Assembly: GCA_963827475.1 (NCBI GenBank)
Contig: CAWHAZ010000004.1
Span: forward strand, 160,001 to 224,000
DNA length: 64,000 nt
Origin: an uncultured Chloroflexia bacterium
Lineage (GTDB): Bacteria > Chloroflexota > Limnocylindria > QHBO01
Reading direction: 5' to 3'
The notes below the pieces were generated by a model that did no database searches, was not told the DNA's origin, and was given only the letters and a program-made list of their open reading frames with translations. Below are positions 33,751-47,379 of this stretch, one piece after another (position 1 is the first letter of the stretch; each line of letters opens with the position of its first letter). Made by a program: the position numbers and the translations under genes.

Positions 33751-33944
33751 ACAACAACTGGGGGATCGCTCTCGACCTGGGGATCCGGCTCGGGGCGGCG
33801 GTCATGATCGGCTTCTTCGGCGGCCTGCTGCTGGATGGAGTGTTCGGGACCCGGCCTCTGCTGACCCTGGTGGGCACCGCCTTCGGGGTGGCTGCCGCGA
33901 TGTACACCATCTGGGACGTCGCGCGGCGAGCGATGAAGCCGTAG
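33747..33944 (+). CDS. AtpZ/AtpI-like small membrane protein, copy 2
   Basis: GLLLDG.FGTRP.LTLVG..FG; ATGA overlap. Confidence 0.75.
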   Translation: MNNNWGIALDLGIRLGAAVMIGFFGGLLLDGVFGTRPLLTLVGTAFGVAAAMYTIWDVARRAMKP

Positions 33945-33960
33945 TCAGAGGGTCTGTCAC

Positions 33961-34792
33961 CTGGTTCACGTCGAGATCGCCGCGGAACCCCTGTTCCAGA
34001 TCGGCCCCTTGGTCTTCACCAACAGCATGGTCGGGGCGCTGCTGGCCAGCTTCCTGCTGCTCGCGGCCACCGTCTGGCTCGCCGGCCGCGCGACGCTGGT
34101 CCCGAGCCGCTTCCAGGCCCTCGTCGAGTTCCCGATCGAGTGGCTGGCCGGCATCGTGCGCAGCACCGGCGGGACGCGGTGGGGAGAGTTCGCGGGACTG
34201 GTGATCGCGATCTTCCTGTTCGTGCTCGTCGCGAACTTCATCGGCCTCCTGCCCGGCGTCGGCGTGGTCGGGGTCACGGTCGAGGGGGAGCACGGCGAGG
34301 AGCTGCTCGTGCCGTTCGTCCGGGCCGCTGCCGCGGACCTCAACTTCACGCTTGGCCTGGCGCTCATCGCGTTCGTGGCGTTCATCGGATGGGGAATCCG
34401 GGCCAACGGTGTGGGTGGCTACCTCAAGGAGCTGCTCATCGCCGAGCCCGCGTACATGACCCCGCTCCTGACCCCCATCCACATCATCAGCGAGCTCTCG
34501 CGCCTGATCAGCCTGTCGATGCGGCTCTTCGGCAACGTGTTCGCCGGCGAGGTCCTGCTCGCGGTGATCCTCGCCCTGGTGCCGCTCGTTCGTTCCCGTC
34601 GTCTTCCTGGGCCTGGAGGCGATCTTCGGCTTCGTCCAGGCCCTCGTCTTCGCCCTGCTGACCATGACCTACATCACCCTCGCCATCGCCGAGCATCGCC
34701 AGCACGGCGACGGTGACGCGCACGCGGGGGACACGCACACGGGCCGCGAGCCCGAGGAATCAGAGGCCCATCCCGCCCCGGGCACGGCCTGA
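33961..34792 (+). CDS. atpB: ATP synthase subunit a (probable CTG start; frameshift near 34590)
   Basis: HVEIAAEPLF..TNS, SLSMRLFGNVFAGE; LEAIFGFVQALVFALLT follows in the shifted frame. Confidence 0.92.
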
Positions 34793-34845
34793 CAACGGGA
34801 CGCTCCGCCCCACCGCCGCGGAGCACAGTGGAGGAACCGAACACC

Positions 34846-35070
34846 GTGGAATTCCAGCTTCTCGCCGCCGGTCTCGCCATCGGGCTCGGCACCATCGGTC
34901 CGGGCATCGGGATCGGGATCGGCTTCAGCCGGGCCATGGAGGCCATCGGCCGCAACCCGGAGGCGTCCGGGACGCTCTTCGTGCCCTACATCCTGGGCCT
35001 GGCGCTCACCGAGGCCATGGCGATCTACGCCCTGGTCATCGGCCTCATCTTGATCTTCGCGGTCGGCTGA
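34846..35070 (+). CDS. atpE: ATP synthase subunit c (H+-type)
   Basis: GPGIGIG, IGRNPE, LALTEA. Confidence 0.95.
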   Translation: MEFQLLAAGLAIGLGTIGPGIGIGIGFSRAMEAIGRNPEASGTLFVPYILGLALTEAMAIYALVIGLILIFAVG

Positions 35071-35080
35071 GCCGGCGACC

Positions 35081-35578
35081 ATGGCCTTCTTCGAAGCCTT
35101 CGGGGTGGATGCCTGGAAGCTCGGCTTCCAGATCGTCAACTTCCTGATCCTGCTGTTCCTGCTCAACCGCTTCCTGTTCAAGCCGGTCCTGCGCCGGATC
35201 GACGAGCGGCAGGGCACGCTGAGCAAGGGCCTGGAGGACGCCGCCGCCGCGGCCCGGGACCGGGAGCTGGCACGTGCCGAGCGGGAGGCCGCCCTGGCCG
35301 AGGCTCGGCAGGAGTCGGAAGCCCTCGTCCAGCGGGCAGCCAAGACGGCCGAGGCCACCAGCGCGGAGATCCTCGCGGCGGCCAAGGCATCTGCCGAGCA
35401 GCTGACGGCCCGTGCCCGCGAGGAAATCGAAGCCGAGAAGGATCGGGCGCTGGCCGAGATCCGGGGCGAGGTCGCCGACCTGGCCCTCGACGCGGCCGGC
35501 AAGCTGGTCGGGTCCGAGATGGACTCGCCCACCCAGCGCCGACTGGTCGAGCAGTTCCTGGCCGAGAACCGGAACTGA
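35081..35578 (+). CDS. atpF: ATP synthase subunit b
   Basis: QIVNFLILLFLL..FLFKPV...IDER followed by a coiled coil. Confidence 0.93.
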   Translation: MAFFEAFGVDAWKLGFQIVNFLILLFLLNRFLFKPVLRRIDERQGTLSKGLEDAAAAARDRELARAEREAALAEARQESEALVQRAAKTAEATSAEILAAAKASAEQLTARAREEIEAEKDRALAEIRGEVADLALDAAGKLVGSEMDSPTQRRLVEQFLAENRN

Positions 35579-35581
35579 CCG

Positions 35582-36118
35582 ATGGCCCGCCGAGAGACCG
35601 CCGCTCGCCGTTACGCGGAGGCCGCCTTCCAGGTGGCCTCGTCGGAGGGCGCGCTGAACCGGTGGCAGGCCGACCTGGCCGTGCTGAGCGAGGCGCTCGC
35701 CATCCCGCAGCTCCGGGCGGTGATGGAGCACCCGGCCATCGCCTACGCGGACAAGGAGCGGGTCCTGCGCCGCGCGGTGACCGATGTGGCCACCGGCCCG
35801 CTCAACCTGGTCCTGCTCATGATCCGGCGCGGACGGCCCGGGGCCGTGCCCGCCATGCGCAGCCATTTCGAGGAGCTGGTCCGGCGCCAGCGCGGCATCG
35901 CCCGCGCAGAGATCCGGAGCGCCCTGCCCCTGAGCGATCAGGACCGGGCCGATCTCGAGCGCACGCTCGAGCGCCTGGCCGGCCGCCAGGTGGAGTTCAC
36001 CGAAACCGTCGATCCCGGCCTCATCGGGGGCATCTCGGTGCGGATCGGGGATCAGTTGTATGACGCCAGCGTGCGGAGCCGCCTGGAGCGGCTGCGAGCG
36101 CGCCTGACCGCGGTCTGA
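35582..36118 (+). CDS. atpH: ATP synthase subunit delta
   Basis: [24 protein letters not shown]. Confidence 0.93.
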   Translation: MARRETAARRYAEAAFQVASSEGALNRWQADLAVLSEALAIPQLRAVMEHPAIAYADKERVLRRAVTDVATGPLNLVLLMIRRGRPGAVPAMRSHFEELVRRQRGIARAEIRSALPLSDQDRADLERTLERLAGRQVEFTETVDPGLIGGISVRIGDQLYDASVRSRLERLRARLTAV

Positions 36119-36128
36119 GGAGTACTGG

Positions 36129-40069
<3,941 letters not shown>

Positions 40070-40090
40070 GCCGATGAGGGCTCGAGACCG

Positions 40091-40501
40091 ATGACCCTGC
40101 GGCTCGAGGTCGTCTCCCCCGACGGCCGGGTGTTCACCGATGACGTGGACTCGGTCGTCGTGCCCGGCATCGAGGGCGAGCTCGGCATCCTGCCCCACCA
40201 CACCTCGCTGGTCACCGCCCTCGGCACCGGCGAGCTGCGGATCCGCCAGGCGGGCACCGTCCAGTTCATGCTGATCAGCGGCGGCTTCGTGGAGGTGCGG
40301 CCCGAGAAGGTCGTGGTCATGGCCTTCGTGGCGGAGCATTCCGACGAGATCGACGCCGCGGCCGCGGCCGAGGCCCGCAAGGCGGCCGAGGCGGATCTCG
40401 AGGCCGTCCACGACCCGGTGGACCTGGCCCGGGTCCGCGCCGCGCTCCAGACCGCGCTCATGCGCGAGCGAATCGCCACCCGACGGAGCCAGCGGCGCTG
40501 A
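40091..40501 (+). CDS. atpC: ATP synthase subunit epsilon
   Basis: LEVVSPD, GELGILPHH, SGGFVEV. Confidence 0.95.
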   Translation: MTLRLEVVSPDGRVFTDDVDSVVVPGIEGELGILPHHTSLVTALGTGELRIRQAGTVQFMLISGGFVEVRPEKVVVMAFVAEHSDEIDAAAAAEARKAAEADLEAVHDPVDLARVRAALQTALMRERIATRRSQRR

Positions 40502-40516
40502 TCTAGGCTTGCGCCT

Positions 40517-40714
40517 GTGAGCGGGGAGCAGGCCAAGCCGGAGAAGCCCTTCAGACGAATGCAGGAGTTCCGCAAGATCAGCCGGGAGTACCCGTTCATC
40601 TGCCCGGTCGACTTCAAGCCCCATCGCGGCTCGCCCCCCGGATCCGATCCGAACCTCGATCCCGAGTTCGTCGCCCGCCACCGGGAAGACGACGGGGACC
40701 ACTACCTCGGGTGA
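40517..40714 (+). CDS. small hypothetical protein (65 aa), probably leaderless
   Basis: TAGGCT -10 box 7 nt before the GTG; high-GC3 codon usage. Confidence 0.55.
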   Translation: MSGEQAKPEKPFRRMQEFRKISREYPFICPVDFKPHRGSPPGSDPNLDPEFVARHREDDGDHYLG

Positions 40715-40727
40715 GCGGCACGCCCGG

Positions 40728-41054
40728 ATGCTGAGCTGTCAGCAGTGCGGCGCCCGGTCGGGCGCCCTCCCGGTGCGGATCGAGATCGTGCGCGAGAGCG
40801 GACCGATCGGCCCGGCCGCCGGGCCGGACCTGGTCGGGAACCCGAACTTCACCCAGCGCTTCGCGTTCTGCTCGAGCGCCCACCTGTACGACTGGCTGCG
40901 CGAGCATCGGTACATGCTCTGCAACCGCCAGCCGACCGCGGTCGAGGAGGGCATGCAGCCGCTCCTCCCGTCGCGGCACATGGGTGGGCGGCTGGGCCTG
41001 TGTGACGGCCACCATCTCGGTGGGCACGAGTGGAAGGAGGCGTGGCCCGCCTAG
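40728..41054 (+). CDS. putative Zn-binding protein (CxxC...FCSxxH; LC...LCDGHH)
   Basis: 108 aa with Cys/His clusters; ends 9 nt before murA. Confidence 0.65.
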   Translation: MLSCQQCGARSGALPVRIEIVRESGPIGPAAGPDLVGNPNFTQRFAFCSSAHLYDWLREHRYMLCNRQPTAVEEGMQPLLPSRHMGGRLGLCDGHHLGGHEWKEAWPA

Positions 41055-41063
41055 GGCTCGCGG

Positions 41064-42341
41064 ATGGATCGGTACGTGATCGAGGGCGGCGTCCCCCTTC
41101 GGGGCGAGGTTCGCGTGGCCGGCGCCAAGAACGCGGTGCTGAAGATGATGGCCGCCGCGATCCTGACCGACGAGCCGGTCACGCTCCGCAACGTGCCGCG
41201 CATCAGCGACGTGGCGATCATGCGCGAGACGATGGCCGACATCGGCTTCGCCTGGACCGATGTCGACGCGCACACGCTCGAGCTCCGCGACCGTGGACCG
41301 GAGTGGCTGTTCGTCCCGCTCGAGGCGGCGATGAAGATGCGGTCCTCGTTCATCCTGCTCGGCCCGCTCCTGGCCCGCCACGGCCGGGTCATCATCAGCA
41401 ACCCCGGCGGCGACCGGATCGGCCGCCGGCCGGTGGACCTCCACGTCGAGGCCATGCAGGCGCTCGGCGCCGAGATCGAGTACCGCAACGGCTACTACTT
41501 CGCCCGGGCCGACCGGCTGCGGGGCGGACGGATCGCGTTCCCGTACGTAACCGTGATGGGCACCGAGAACGCCCTGCTGGCCGCCTGCCTGGCGGAGGGG
41601 ACCACGGTCATCGAGAACGCCGCGCAGGAGCCGGAGGTGGACGACCTGGTCGCCATGCTGCGGACGATGGGGGCGCGCATCGAGCGGACCGCCGCCCACG
41701 TCCTCGAGGTCGAAGGGGTGAACGGCCTGGGCGGCGTCGAGCACACCGTGGTCGGGGACCGGATCGAGGCGGGCACCTTCGCGGTCGCGGCGGCGGCCAG
41801 CGGCGGGGAGGTGACGGTCATCGGATTCGAGCCCGCGCACCTCGGCGCCTTCACCGATGTCCTGGCCACCATGGGCGTGGCGCACGAGGCGGTGCGGACG
41901 AACGGCGGGCACGGCCTCCGCGTCGTCGGCGCGCCATCGGGAACGTATCGGCCGGTCGCCATCGAGACCGAGGCCTATCCGGGACTGGCGACCGATCTCC
42001 AGGCGCCCCTGGCGGTGCTCATGACCCAGGCGGCAGGGGAGAGCACCATCCACGAGACGATCTACTCGGACCGCCTCGAGTACACCGCCGAGCTGGTGAA
42101 GATGGGCGCCGAGATCGAGGTCACCGACGCCACCCGCGCCCGGATCGTGGGGCCCACCCCGCTCCGCGGCCGGCTGGTCCAGATCCCGGACCTGCGCGCC
42201 GGCGCGACCCTGGTCCTCGCCGCCCTGGCCGCCGAGGGGACGAGCACGATCACCGGCGTGGAGCACGTCGACCGCGGGTACGAGGCATTCGAGTCCAAGC
42301 TGGTGGACCTGGGCGCCCGGATCGGCCGGGTGACCGACTGA
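41064..42341 (+). CDS. murA: UDP-N-acetylglucosamine 1-carboxyvinyltransferase (Asp at the catalytic-loop Cys position)
   Basis: [39 protein letters not shown]. Confidence 0.96.
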   Translation: MDRYVIEGGVPLRGEVRVAGAKNAVLKMMAAAILTDEPVTLRNVPRISDVAIMRETMADIGFAWTDVDAHTLELRDRGPEWLFVPLEAAMKMRSSFILLGPLLARHGRVIISNPGGDRIGRRPVDLHVEAMQALGAEIEYRNGYYFARADRLRGGRIAFPYVTVMGTENALLAACLAEGTTVIENAAQEPEVDDLVAMLRTMGARIERTAAHVLEVEGVNGLGGVEHTVVGDRIEAGTFAVAAAASGGEVTVIGFEPAHLGAFTDVLATMGVAHEAVRTNGGHGLRVVGAPSGTYRPVAIETEAYPGLATDLQAPLAVLMTQAAGESTIHETIYSDRLEYTAELVKMGAEIEVTDATRARIVGPTPLRGRLVQIPDLRAGATLVLAALAAEGTSTITGVEHVDRGYEAFESKLVDLGARIGRVTD

Positions 42342-42399
42342 GGTTCCCCGACCGGCCGATATACTCGCCGCCCACCCCGCTCCCCCAGATCGGTCGCGC

Positions 42400-43392
42400 A
42401 TGAAGATCGGTATCGACCTCGGCACCGCCAACATCCTGGTCTACGTCCAGGGCAAGGGCGTCGTCCTGAACGAGCCGTCGGTGGTCGCCATCTCGGAGGA
42501 CGAGAACCGGCTGGTGGCGGTCGGCGAGGAGGCGCGCGAGATGATCGGTCGCACGCCGGGGAACGTTCGGGCCATACGGCCCATGCGCGATGGGGTCATT
42601 GCGGACTACCTCATCACCGAGGCCATGCTTCACTACGTGATCAACAAGGTGGCCCGCGTCCGGATCTTCCGGCCCGACGTGATGATCAGCGTGCCGTCAG
42701 GCGTGACCAGCGTGGAGAAGCGCGCGGTCCGTGACGCGGCGCTGAAGGCCGGCGCACGGGACGCGTTCCTCATCGAGGAGCCGCTGGCGGCGGCGATCGG
42801 GGCCAACATCCCGATCAGCGGCCCCTCCGGCAACATGATCATCGACATCGGAGGCGGGACGACCGAGGTGGCGGTCATCGCCCTGGGCGGAATCGTGGTC
42901 TCCGACTCGGTCCGCGTCGGCGGGAACCGCTTCGACGAGGCGATCGCGAACTACATCCGCCGCAAGTACAACCTGATGATCGGGGAGCGGACGGCGGAAG
43001 AGGTGAAGATCCGGATCGGGTCCGCCCTGCCGCTCGACGAGCCGCTGACGATGGAGGTCAAGGGACGCGACCTCATCGCCGGGCTGCCCCGGACGATCCC
43101 GATGAACAGCGGAGAGGTCACCGAGGCCATCGAGCAGCCGCTCCAGCAGATCATCTCCGCGGTGCGCAGCGTGCTCGAGCAGACGCCGCCGGAGCTGGCG
43201 AGCGACATCATCGACAAGGGGATGGTCATGTCCGGCGGCGGCAGCCTCCTCCGTAACCTCGATGGGCTGCTGACCCAGGTGACCGGCATCCCGTGCCACG
43301 TGGCGGAGAACGCCCTGAGCTCGGTGGCGGTCGGCACCGGGCGCGCGCTGGAGCAGTTCGCGACGTTCCGCAAGAGCCTGGTGACCTCGTGA
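42400..43392 (+). CDS. mreB: rod shape-determining protein MreB
   Basis: [38 protein letters not shown]. Confidence 0.96.
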   Translation: MKIGIDLGTANILVYVQGKGVVLNEPSVVAISEDENRLVAVGEEAREMIGRTPGNVRAIRPMRDGVIADYLITEAMLHYVINKVARVRIFRPDVMISVPSGVTSVEKRAVRDAALKAGARDAFLIEEPLAAAIGANIPISGPSGNMIIDIGGGTTEVAVIALGGIVVSDSVRVGGNRFDEAIANYIRRKYNLMIGERTAEEVKIRIGSALPLDEPLTMEVKGRDLIAGLPRTIPMNSGEVTEAIEQPLQQIISAVRSVLEQTPPELASDIIDKGMVMSGGGSLLRNLDGLLTQVTGIPCHVAENALSSVAVGTGRALEQFATFRKSLVTS

Positions 43393-44147
43393 CCACCGCG
43401 GTGGCGACCCAGACCGCGGTCCGTGAGAAGACCGGCGCCGATAGCCGGGCGCTGGCCTTCGCCGACTTCCATTGCCACACCCGCCACAGCCCCGACTCCC
43501 GGCTGGACGAGGACCGATTCCTCACCGTGGCCCTGGAGCGCGGCCTGACCCACGTCGCGGTCACCGACCACAACACGATCGACGGATCGGTGGCGGTTCG
43601 GGCGAAGGCCGCGGAATTGGCCATGGACGATCGTCTGACGGTGATCCTGGGCGAGGAGGTCTCGAGCGCGGACGGCGAGATCGTGGGGCTGTTCATCAAG
43701 GCGACCATCCCGCGCGGCCTGTCGGCCGAGGACACGGCCGACGCCATTCGCGGTCAGGGCGGCCTTGTCTCGGTTCCGCACCCGTACGACCCGTTCCGCC
43801 GCTCGCACATCAACCCCGAGGCGCTGGAGAGTCTGGCGGTGAGCCACCGGATCGACATGATCGAGGTCTTCAACAGCCGGGTCACGCTCGGCCGCCACAA
43901 CCAGGAAGCGGCCGACTTCGCGGCCCGCCACGGAATCCCCGGCGTTGCCTGCTCCGACTCGCACACGGCGATGGAGGTCGCGATGAGCTTCAACGCTCTG
44001 CCGGCCTTCGCCACGGCCGACGAGCTGGCCGCTGCCCTTCCCGACAACGAGTGGCACGGCAGCCGCACGACCAAGCTGGTCCATCTCGGAACCCGGTTCG
44101 CGGTCGCCTCGAAGTGGGTCGAGCGCCAGACCGGGGCCGGCAAATGA
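43389..44147 (+). CDS. PHP-domain metal-dependent phosphoesterase
   Basis: DFHCHT.HSPDS, VTDHN, GEE, PHP, EVFN, SDSH. Confidence 0.88.
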   Translation: MTTAVATQTAVREKTGADSRALAFADFHCHTRHSPDSRLDEDRFLTVALERGLTHVAVTDHNTIDGSVAVRAKAAELAMDDRLTVILGEEVSSADGEIVGLFIKATIPRGLSAEDTADAIRGQGGLVSVPHPYDPFRRSHINPEALESLAVSHRIDMIEVFNSRVTLGRHNQEAADFAARHGIPGVACSDSHTAMEVAMSFNALPAFATADELAAALPDNEWHGSRTTKLVHLGTRFAVASKWVERQTGAGK

Positions 44148-45304
44148 CCGAGGACCAGCCCGACCACCTTCCTCCCGCCGAAGGTCCCGACAACCGATCC
44201 CAGGGCCATCCCCACGGCCATTCGGTCTACGAGGCATCCGACTTCCTCGGCGCGCCCGCCGGCGAGGGCATCCCGGAGAGCGAGGTCTCGCTGGCTCGGC
44301 GCTTCCTCAACGCCCGCACCATCGGCTCGCTGGTCTTTGCCCTGCTCCTGCTGTTCCTGTTCTTCCGGGTCGTGCTCGACATCGACTTCGGCGCGACCAT
44401 CGGTCTCATCCGGTCCGCGGACCCGGTCCTCCTCCTCGCCGCCCTGGTCGTCTACTACCTGACCTTCCCGCTCCGCGGGGGGCGGTGGTGGTACGTGCTC
44501 GGCAAGGTCGGGACCCACATCCGGTACTGGATCGCGACCGAGATCCTGTTCCTGTCGTGGTTCGTGAACTGCCTCGTGCCGGCCAAGCTCGGCGACCTGT
44601 ACCGGGCCTACCTGCTGAAGGGCAACTTCGGGGGATCGGCCTCGCGCACGGTGGGCACGATCTTCGTCGAGCGGATCGCGGACATCGTCATCATCTTCGG
44701 CCTGGCCGTGGCTGCCGGCTTCTGGAGCTTCCGCGGACGATCCCGGCCGGAGCTGGACTTCATCTTCGTGGCGGCGTTCCTGCTCGTCGTCCTCCTGGTC
44801 GTCCTGCTCGTCGTGCTCCGGTTTGCCGGCCACCACATCGAGCGCATCCTGCCCGGGCGGGTGGAGGGCTTCTACACCCGGTTCCGGGAGGGCACCACCG
44901 CCGCCCTCACGCCGCGCGCGGTGAGCGTGATCGGACTGATCACCGTCTTCATCTGGCTGGCCGAGGGGCTCCGTGTCTTCTTCGTCATCAAGGCCGTTAA
45001 CCTGCCCGACGCGCAGCTCGGCATCTCGGCAGCCATTTTCGTGGCCCTGGTGGCGGCCCTCCTGACCGCGATTCCGCTGACCCCGGCCGGGGTCGGGTTC
45101 GTGGAGGCCGGGATCGTGGCCGCCCTGTCGCTGTACGGAGTCAGCCCCGAGTCCGCGGTGGCCATCGCGCTCATCGACCGTGCGATCTCGGTCCTCACCG
45201 TGATCGTGCTCGGCGGCCTCGACTACCTGCGCAGCCCGCTCGTCCGGCAGGCCCACCGCGCCGGCCTGGGCAACCCGCCCACGCAGGAGCCGCTCACCGG
45301 CTGA
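44144..45304 (+). CDS. flippase-like / LPG-synthase TM domain protein (UPF0104)
   Basis: RW..L, N.LVPAKLGD..R, ERIAD, TPAGVGFVEA. Confidence 0.85.
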   Translation: MTEDQPDHLPPAEGPDNRSQGHPHGHSVYEASDFLGAPAGEGIPESEVSLARRFLNARTIGSLVFALLLLFLFFRVVLDIDFGATIGLIRSADPVLLLAALVVYYLTFPLRGGRWWYVLGKVGTHIRYWIATEILFLSWFVNCLVPAKLGDLYRAYLLKGNFGGSASRTVGTIFVERIADIVIIFGLAVAAGFWSFRGRSRPELDFIFVAAFLLVVLLVVLLVVLRFAGHHIERILPGRVEGFYTRFREGTTAALTPRAVSVIGLITVFIWLAEGLRVFFVIKAVNLPDAQLGISAAIFVALVAALLTAIPLTPAGVGFVEAGIVAALSLYGVSPESAVAIALIDRAISVLTVIVLGGLDYLRSPLVRQAHRAGLGNPPTQEPLTG

Positions 45305-45440
45305 CGCTCACCGGCACCTGACCGGCGTCCGGCCCGAGGTACCTTTGTCCCATTGAGGCTGCGGCCCCCGAACCCGATGCTGCGGGTGCGCGCACGCACC
45401 ACCCACGCTCGTGAGTGGAGGCGCCATATGAGCCTCGTGG

Positions 45441-45881
45441 ATGACCCTCCAGACGCCGCGATCCTTCAACAGCTGGCTCCGCAGCCAGTTGAAGGAAAAG
45501 AAGATGAGCCAGCGCCAGCTGGCGCTCCAGTCGGGGGTCGATCACTCGACCATCTCCCGGCTGATCAAGGGCGACCGCATGCCGTCCCTGGGCACGGCGA
45601 CGAAGCTGGCTCGAGGCCTGCGCGAGATCCACGACGAGTCGGAAGGGCCCACCTACTTCGCGGGCCTGGCCGCTCGCCAGCTGCTCCCCACCAGTCGGGT
45701 CGAGTACGCCCTCCGCGGTGACGACCTCCTGACCGAGACCGATGTGCGCGAGCTCATGCAGAGCTACATCGCCGTCCGCTCGCGCCGACTCCGCCAGGAC
45801 GCGGCCAACGGTGGTCCCCATACCGGACCGAACGGGGACGGCACCGGCCCCGAGGCAGCGAAGGTCCGCTCCGGCACCTGA
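45441..45881 (+). CDS. XRE-family HTH transcriptional regulator
   Basis: MSQRQLA..SGVDHSTISRL..G.RMPS. Confidence 0.85.
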   Translation: MTLQTPRSFNSWLRSQLKEKKMSQRQLALQSGVDHSTISRLIKGDRMPSLGTATKLARGLREIHDESEGPTYFAGLAARQLLPTSRVEYALRGDDLLTETDVRELMQSYIAVRSRRLRQDAANGGPHTGPNGDGTGPEAAKVRSGT

Positions 45882-45900
45882 CGTCTGCTAGCGTGGTCCG

Positions 45901-46017
45901 GTGGACCAGCCGGACCGATCAGGCCCCGACCTGCTGACCATCGGGCTTCTCGTCTTCTTCATCGCCCTGATCGTCATCGTTGCCGTAATGCTGCTGCTCC
46001 CCATCCTGACCGGCTAG
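45901..46017 (+). CDS. 38-aa single-TM membrane microprotein (not in the ORF track)
   Basis: MDQPDRSGPDLLTIGLLVFFIALIVIVAVMLLLPILTG; TG-C-TAGCGT promoter 6 nt before the GTG. Confidence 0.6.
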   Translation: MDQPDRSGPDLLTIGLLVFFIALIVIVAVMLLLPILTG

Positions 46018-46041
46018 ACCGGGGAGGGCTCAGGGTTTCGG

Positions 46042-46605
46042 TCAGGTCGGGCGAACGATCGGATCGATCAGGCCGTGGCCCCCGTCGGCGCGGCGGTACA
46101 CGACGCTCACCCGGCTCGTTTCGGCGTTGAGGAACACGAAGAACGCGTGGCCCAGCTCCTCCATCCGGGTGATCGCGTCCTCGGGGAACATCGGCACCAT
46201 GTCGAGGCGGGTGATCTCGACGACTCCGGCCGGGGGCTCGCGCTCCGTCACCGTGGGCGCGGCGGCGCTGGCCACGCTCGCCGCGCTGGCCGCCGGCGAC
46301 CGCCGGCTCTCCCGCACCCGCTGGCGCGCCCGCACGACCTGCCGCTCGAGCTTGTCGACCACGGCGTCCACGGCGGCCATGGGCGTGGCCGCGGCCGCGG
46401 ACGACCGCATCATCGCGCCGCGGCTGACCAGGGTGATCGACGCGGCGTGAGCCGAATCCGCCGCGCGGGATGCCCGCGCGGTCAGCTCGACCGTGGCGTG
46501 GGCGGGCGTGTCCGCGATCCGATCCAGGCGCTGGAGCTTGCGCTCGATGCGGGCCCTCAGGCGGGCATCGAGCTCGAGGTGACGGGCGTGGAGCGTGGTC
46601 TTCAC
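46042..46605 (-). CDS. hpf: ribosome hibernation promoting factor (long HPF/RaiA)
   Basis: AAVDAVVDKLERQ; C-terminal PMFPEDAI..MEELGHAFFVFLN..VVYRR.DG. Confidence 0.88.
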   Translation of the reverse strand: MKTTLHARHLELDARLRARIERKLQRLDRIADTPAHATVELTARASRAADSAHAASITLVSRGAMMRSSAAAATPMAAVDAVVDKLERQVVRARQRVRESRRSPAASAASVASAAAPTVTEREPPAGVVEITRLDMVPMFPEDAITRMEELGHAFFVFLNAETSRVSVVYRRADGGHGLIDPIVRPT

Positions 46606-46670
46606 CGCCGGTCTCTCCCGATTCGCGGGTCGGCCCTACGGTAGCACCAGATGCCTCGGACCGGGCCGGG

Positions 46671-47333
46671 TCACACCTCCCGCGCGATGGCGAAGCCGTA
46701 GACCGCCGGCACGCCCGCCGCCCGCAGGATGACCGCGCACGCCTCGAACGTGGCGCCGGTGGTCAGGATGTCGTCGACGACGATGGCCGCTTCCGGCAGC
46801 CGGCCGTTCGGCGGCGGCTGTCGCGCCATGGCCATCGCGTCGCGCAGGTTGCGGAGGCGCGTCGTGCGGTCCAGGCCGTGCTGGCGCTCCGTTGCGCGAC
46901 GGCGGACCAGCCCGGGCCACACCGGGACCCGGGTCTCGCGCCCCAGGGCCGCGGCCAGGAGGGCGGCCTGGTTGTAGCCCCGCTCCCGATGGCGGCCCTC
47001 GTGGAGCGGCACCGGTACCAGCAGGGCCGGGCCGCTGACCGCCAGCAGCTGGCGCAGGGCCGGGGCTGCCAGTCGGGCGAGCGGCGCGGCCAGGTGTCGC
47101 CCGCCGCCGTACTTGAGGCGGCGGAGGATCCGTTGCGCCTCGTCGCGGTGCGCGAAGGCGGCGACGCCGACCAGCAGCGCGTCGCCCACGATCACCGCAC
47201 GGTCGGTGCCGAGAAATGCACTCCCAGGGTCCGTGGGCGGGCGCAGGCTCGACTGGCAGGCGTCACAGATCGCCGCGCCGTACCTCCCGCACCCCGCGCA
47301 GGCGGGCGGCAGCAGGAGGTCCAGGACGGCCAC
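46671..47333 (-). CDS. comF: ComF/ComFC family protein (Zn ribbon + PRTase)
   Basis: CAGC..ICDAC, LKYGG, PVPLH..RERGYNQA, VDDILTTGAT. Confidence 0.9.
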   Translation of the reverse strand: MAVLDLLLPPACAGCGRYGAAICDACQSSLRPPTDPGSAFLGTDRAVIVGDALLVGVAAFAHRDEAQRILRRLKYGGGRHLAAPLARLAAPALRQLLAVSGPALLVPVPLHEGRHRERGYNQAALLAAALGRETRVPVWPGLVRRRATERQHGLDRTTRLRNLRDAMAMARQPPPNGRLPEAAIVVDDILTTGATFEACAVILRAAGVPAVYGFAIAREV

Positions 47334-47379
47334 GGGCCAAGTCTGCTGCACGGCCGTGTACCGGCCGCGTACCGGTGGC

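Noticed and set aside
34846-35070. Na+-translocating ATP synthase
   Set aside because: The c subunit lacks the Gln and the E-S/T Na+-binding signature (it reads TEAM), consistent with H+ coupling.
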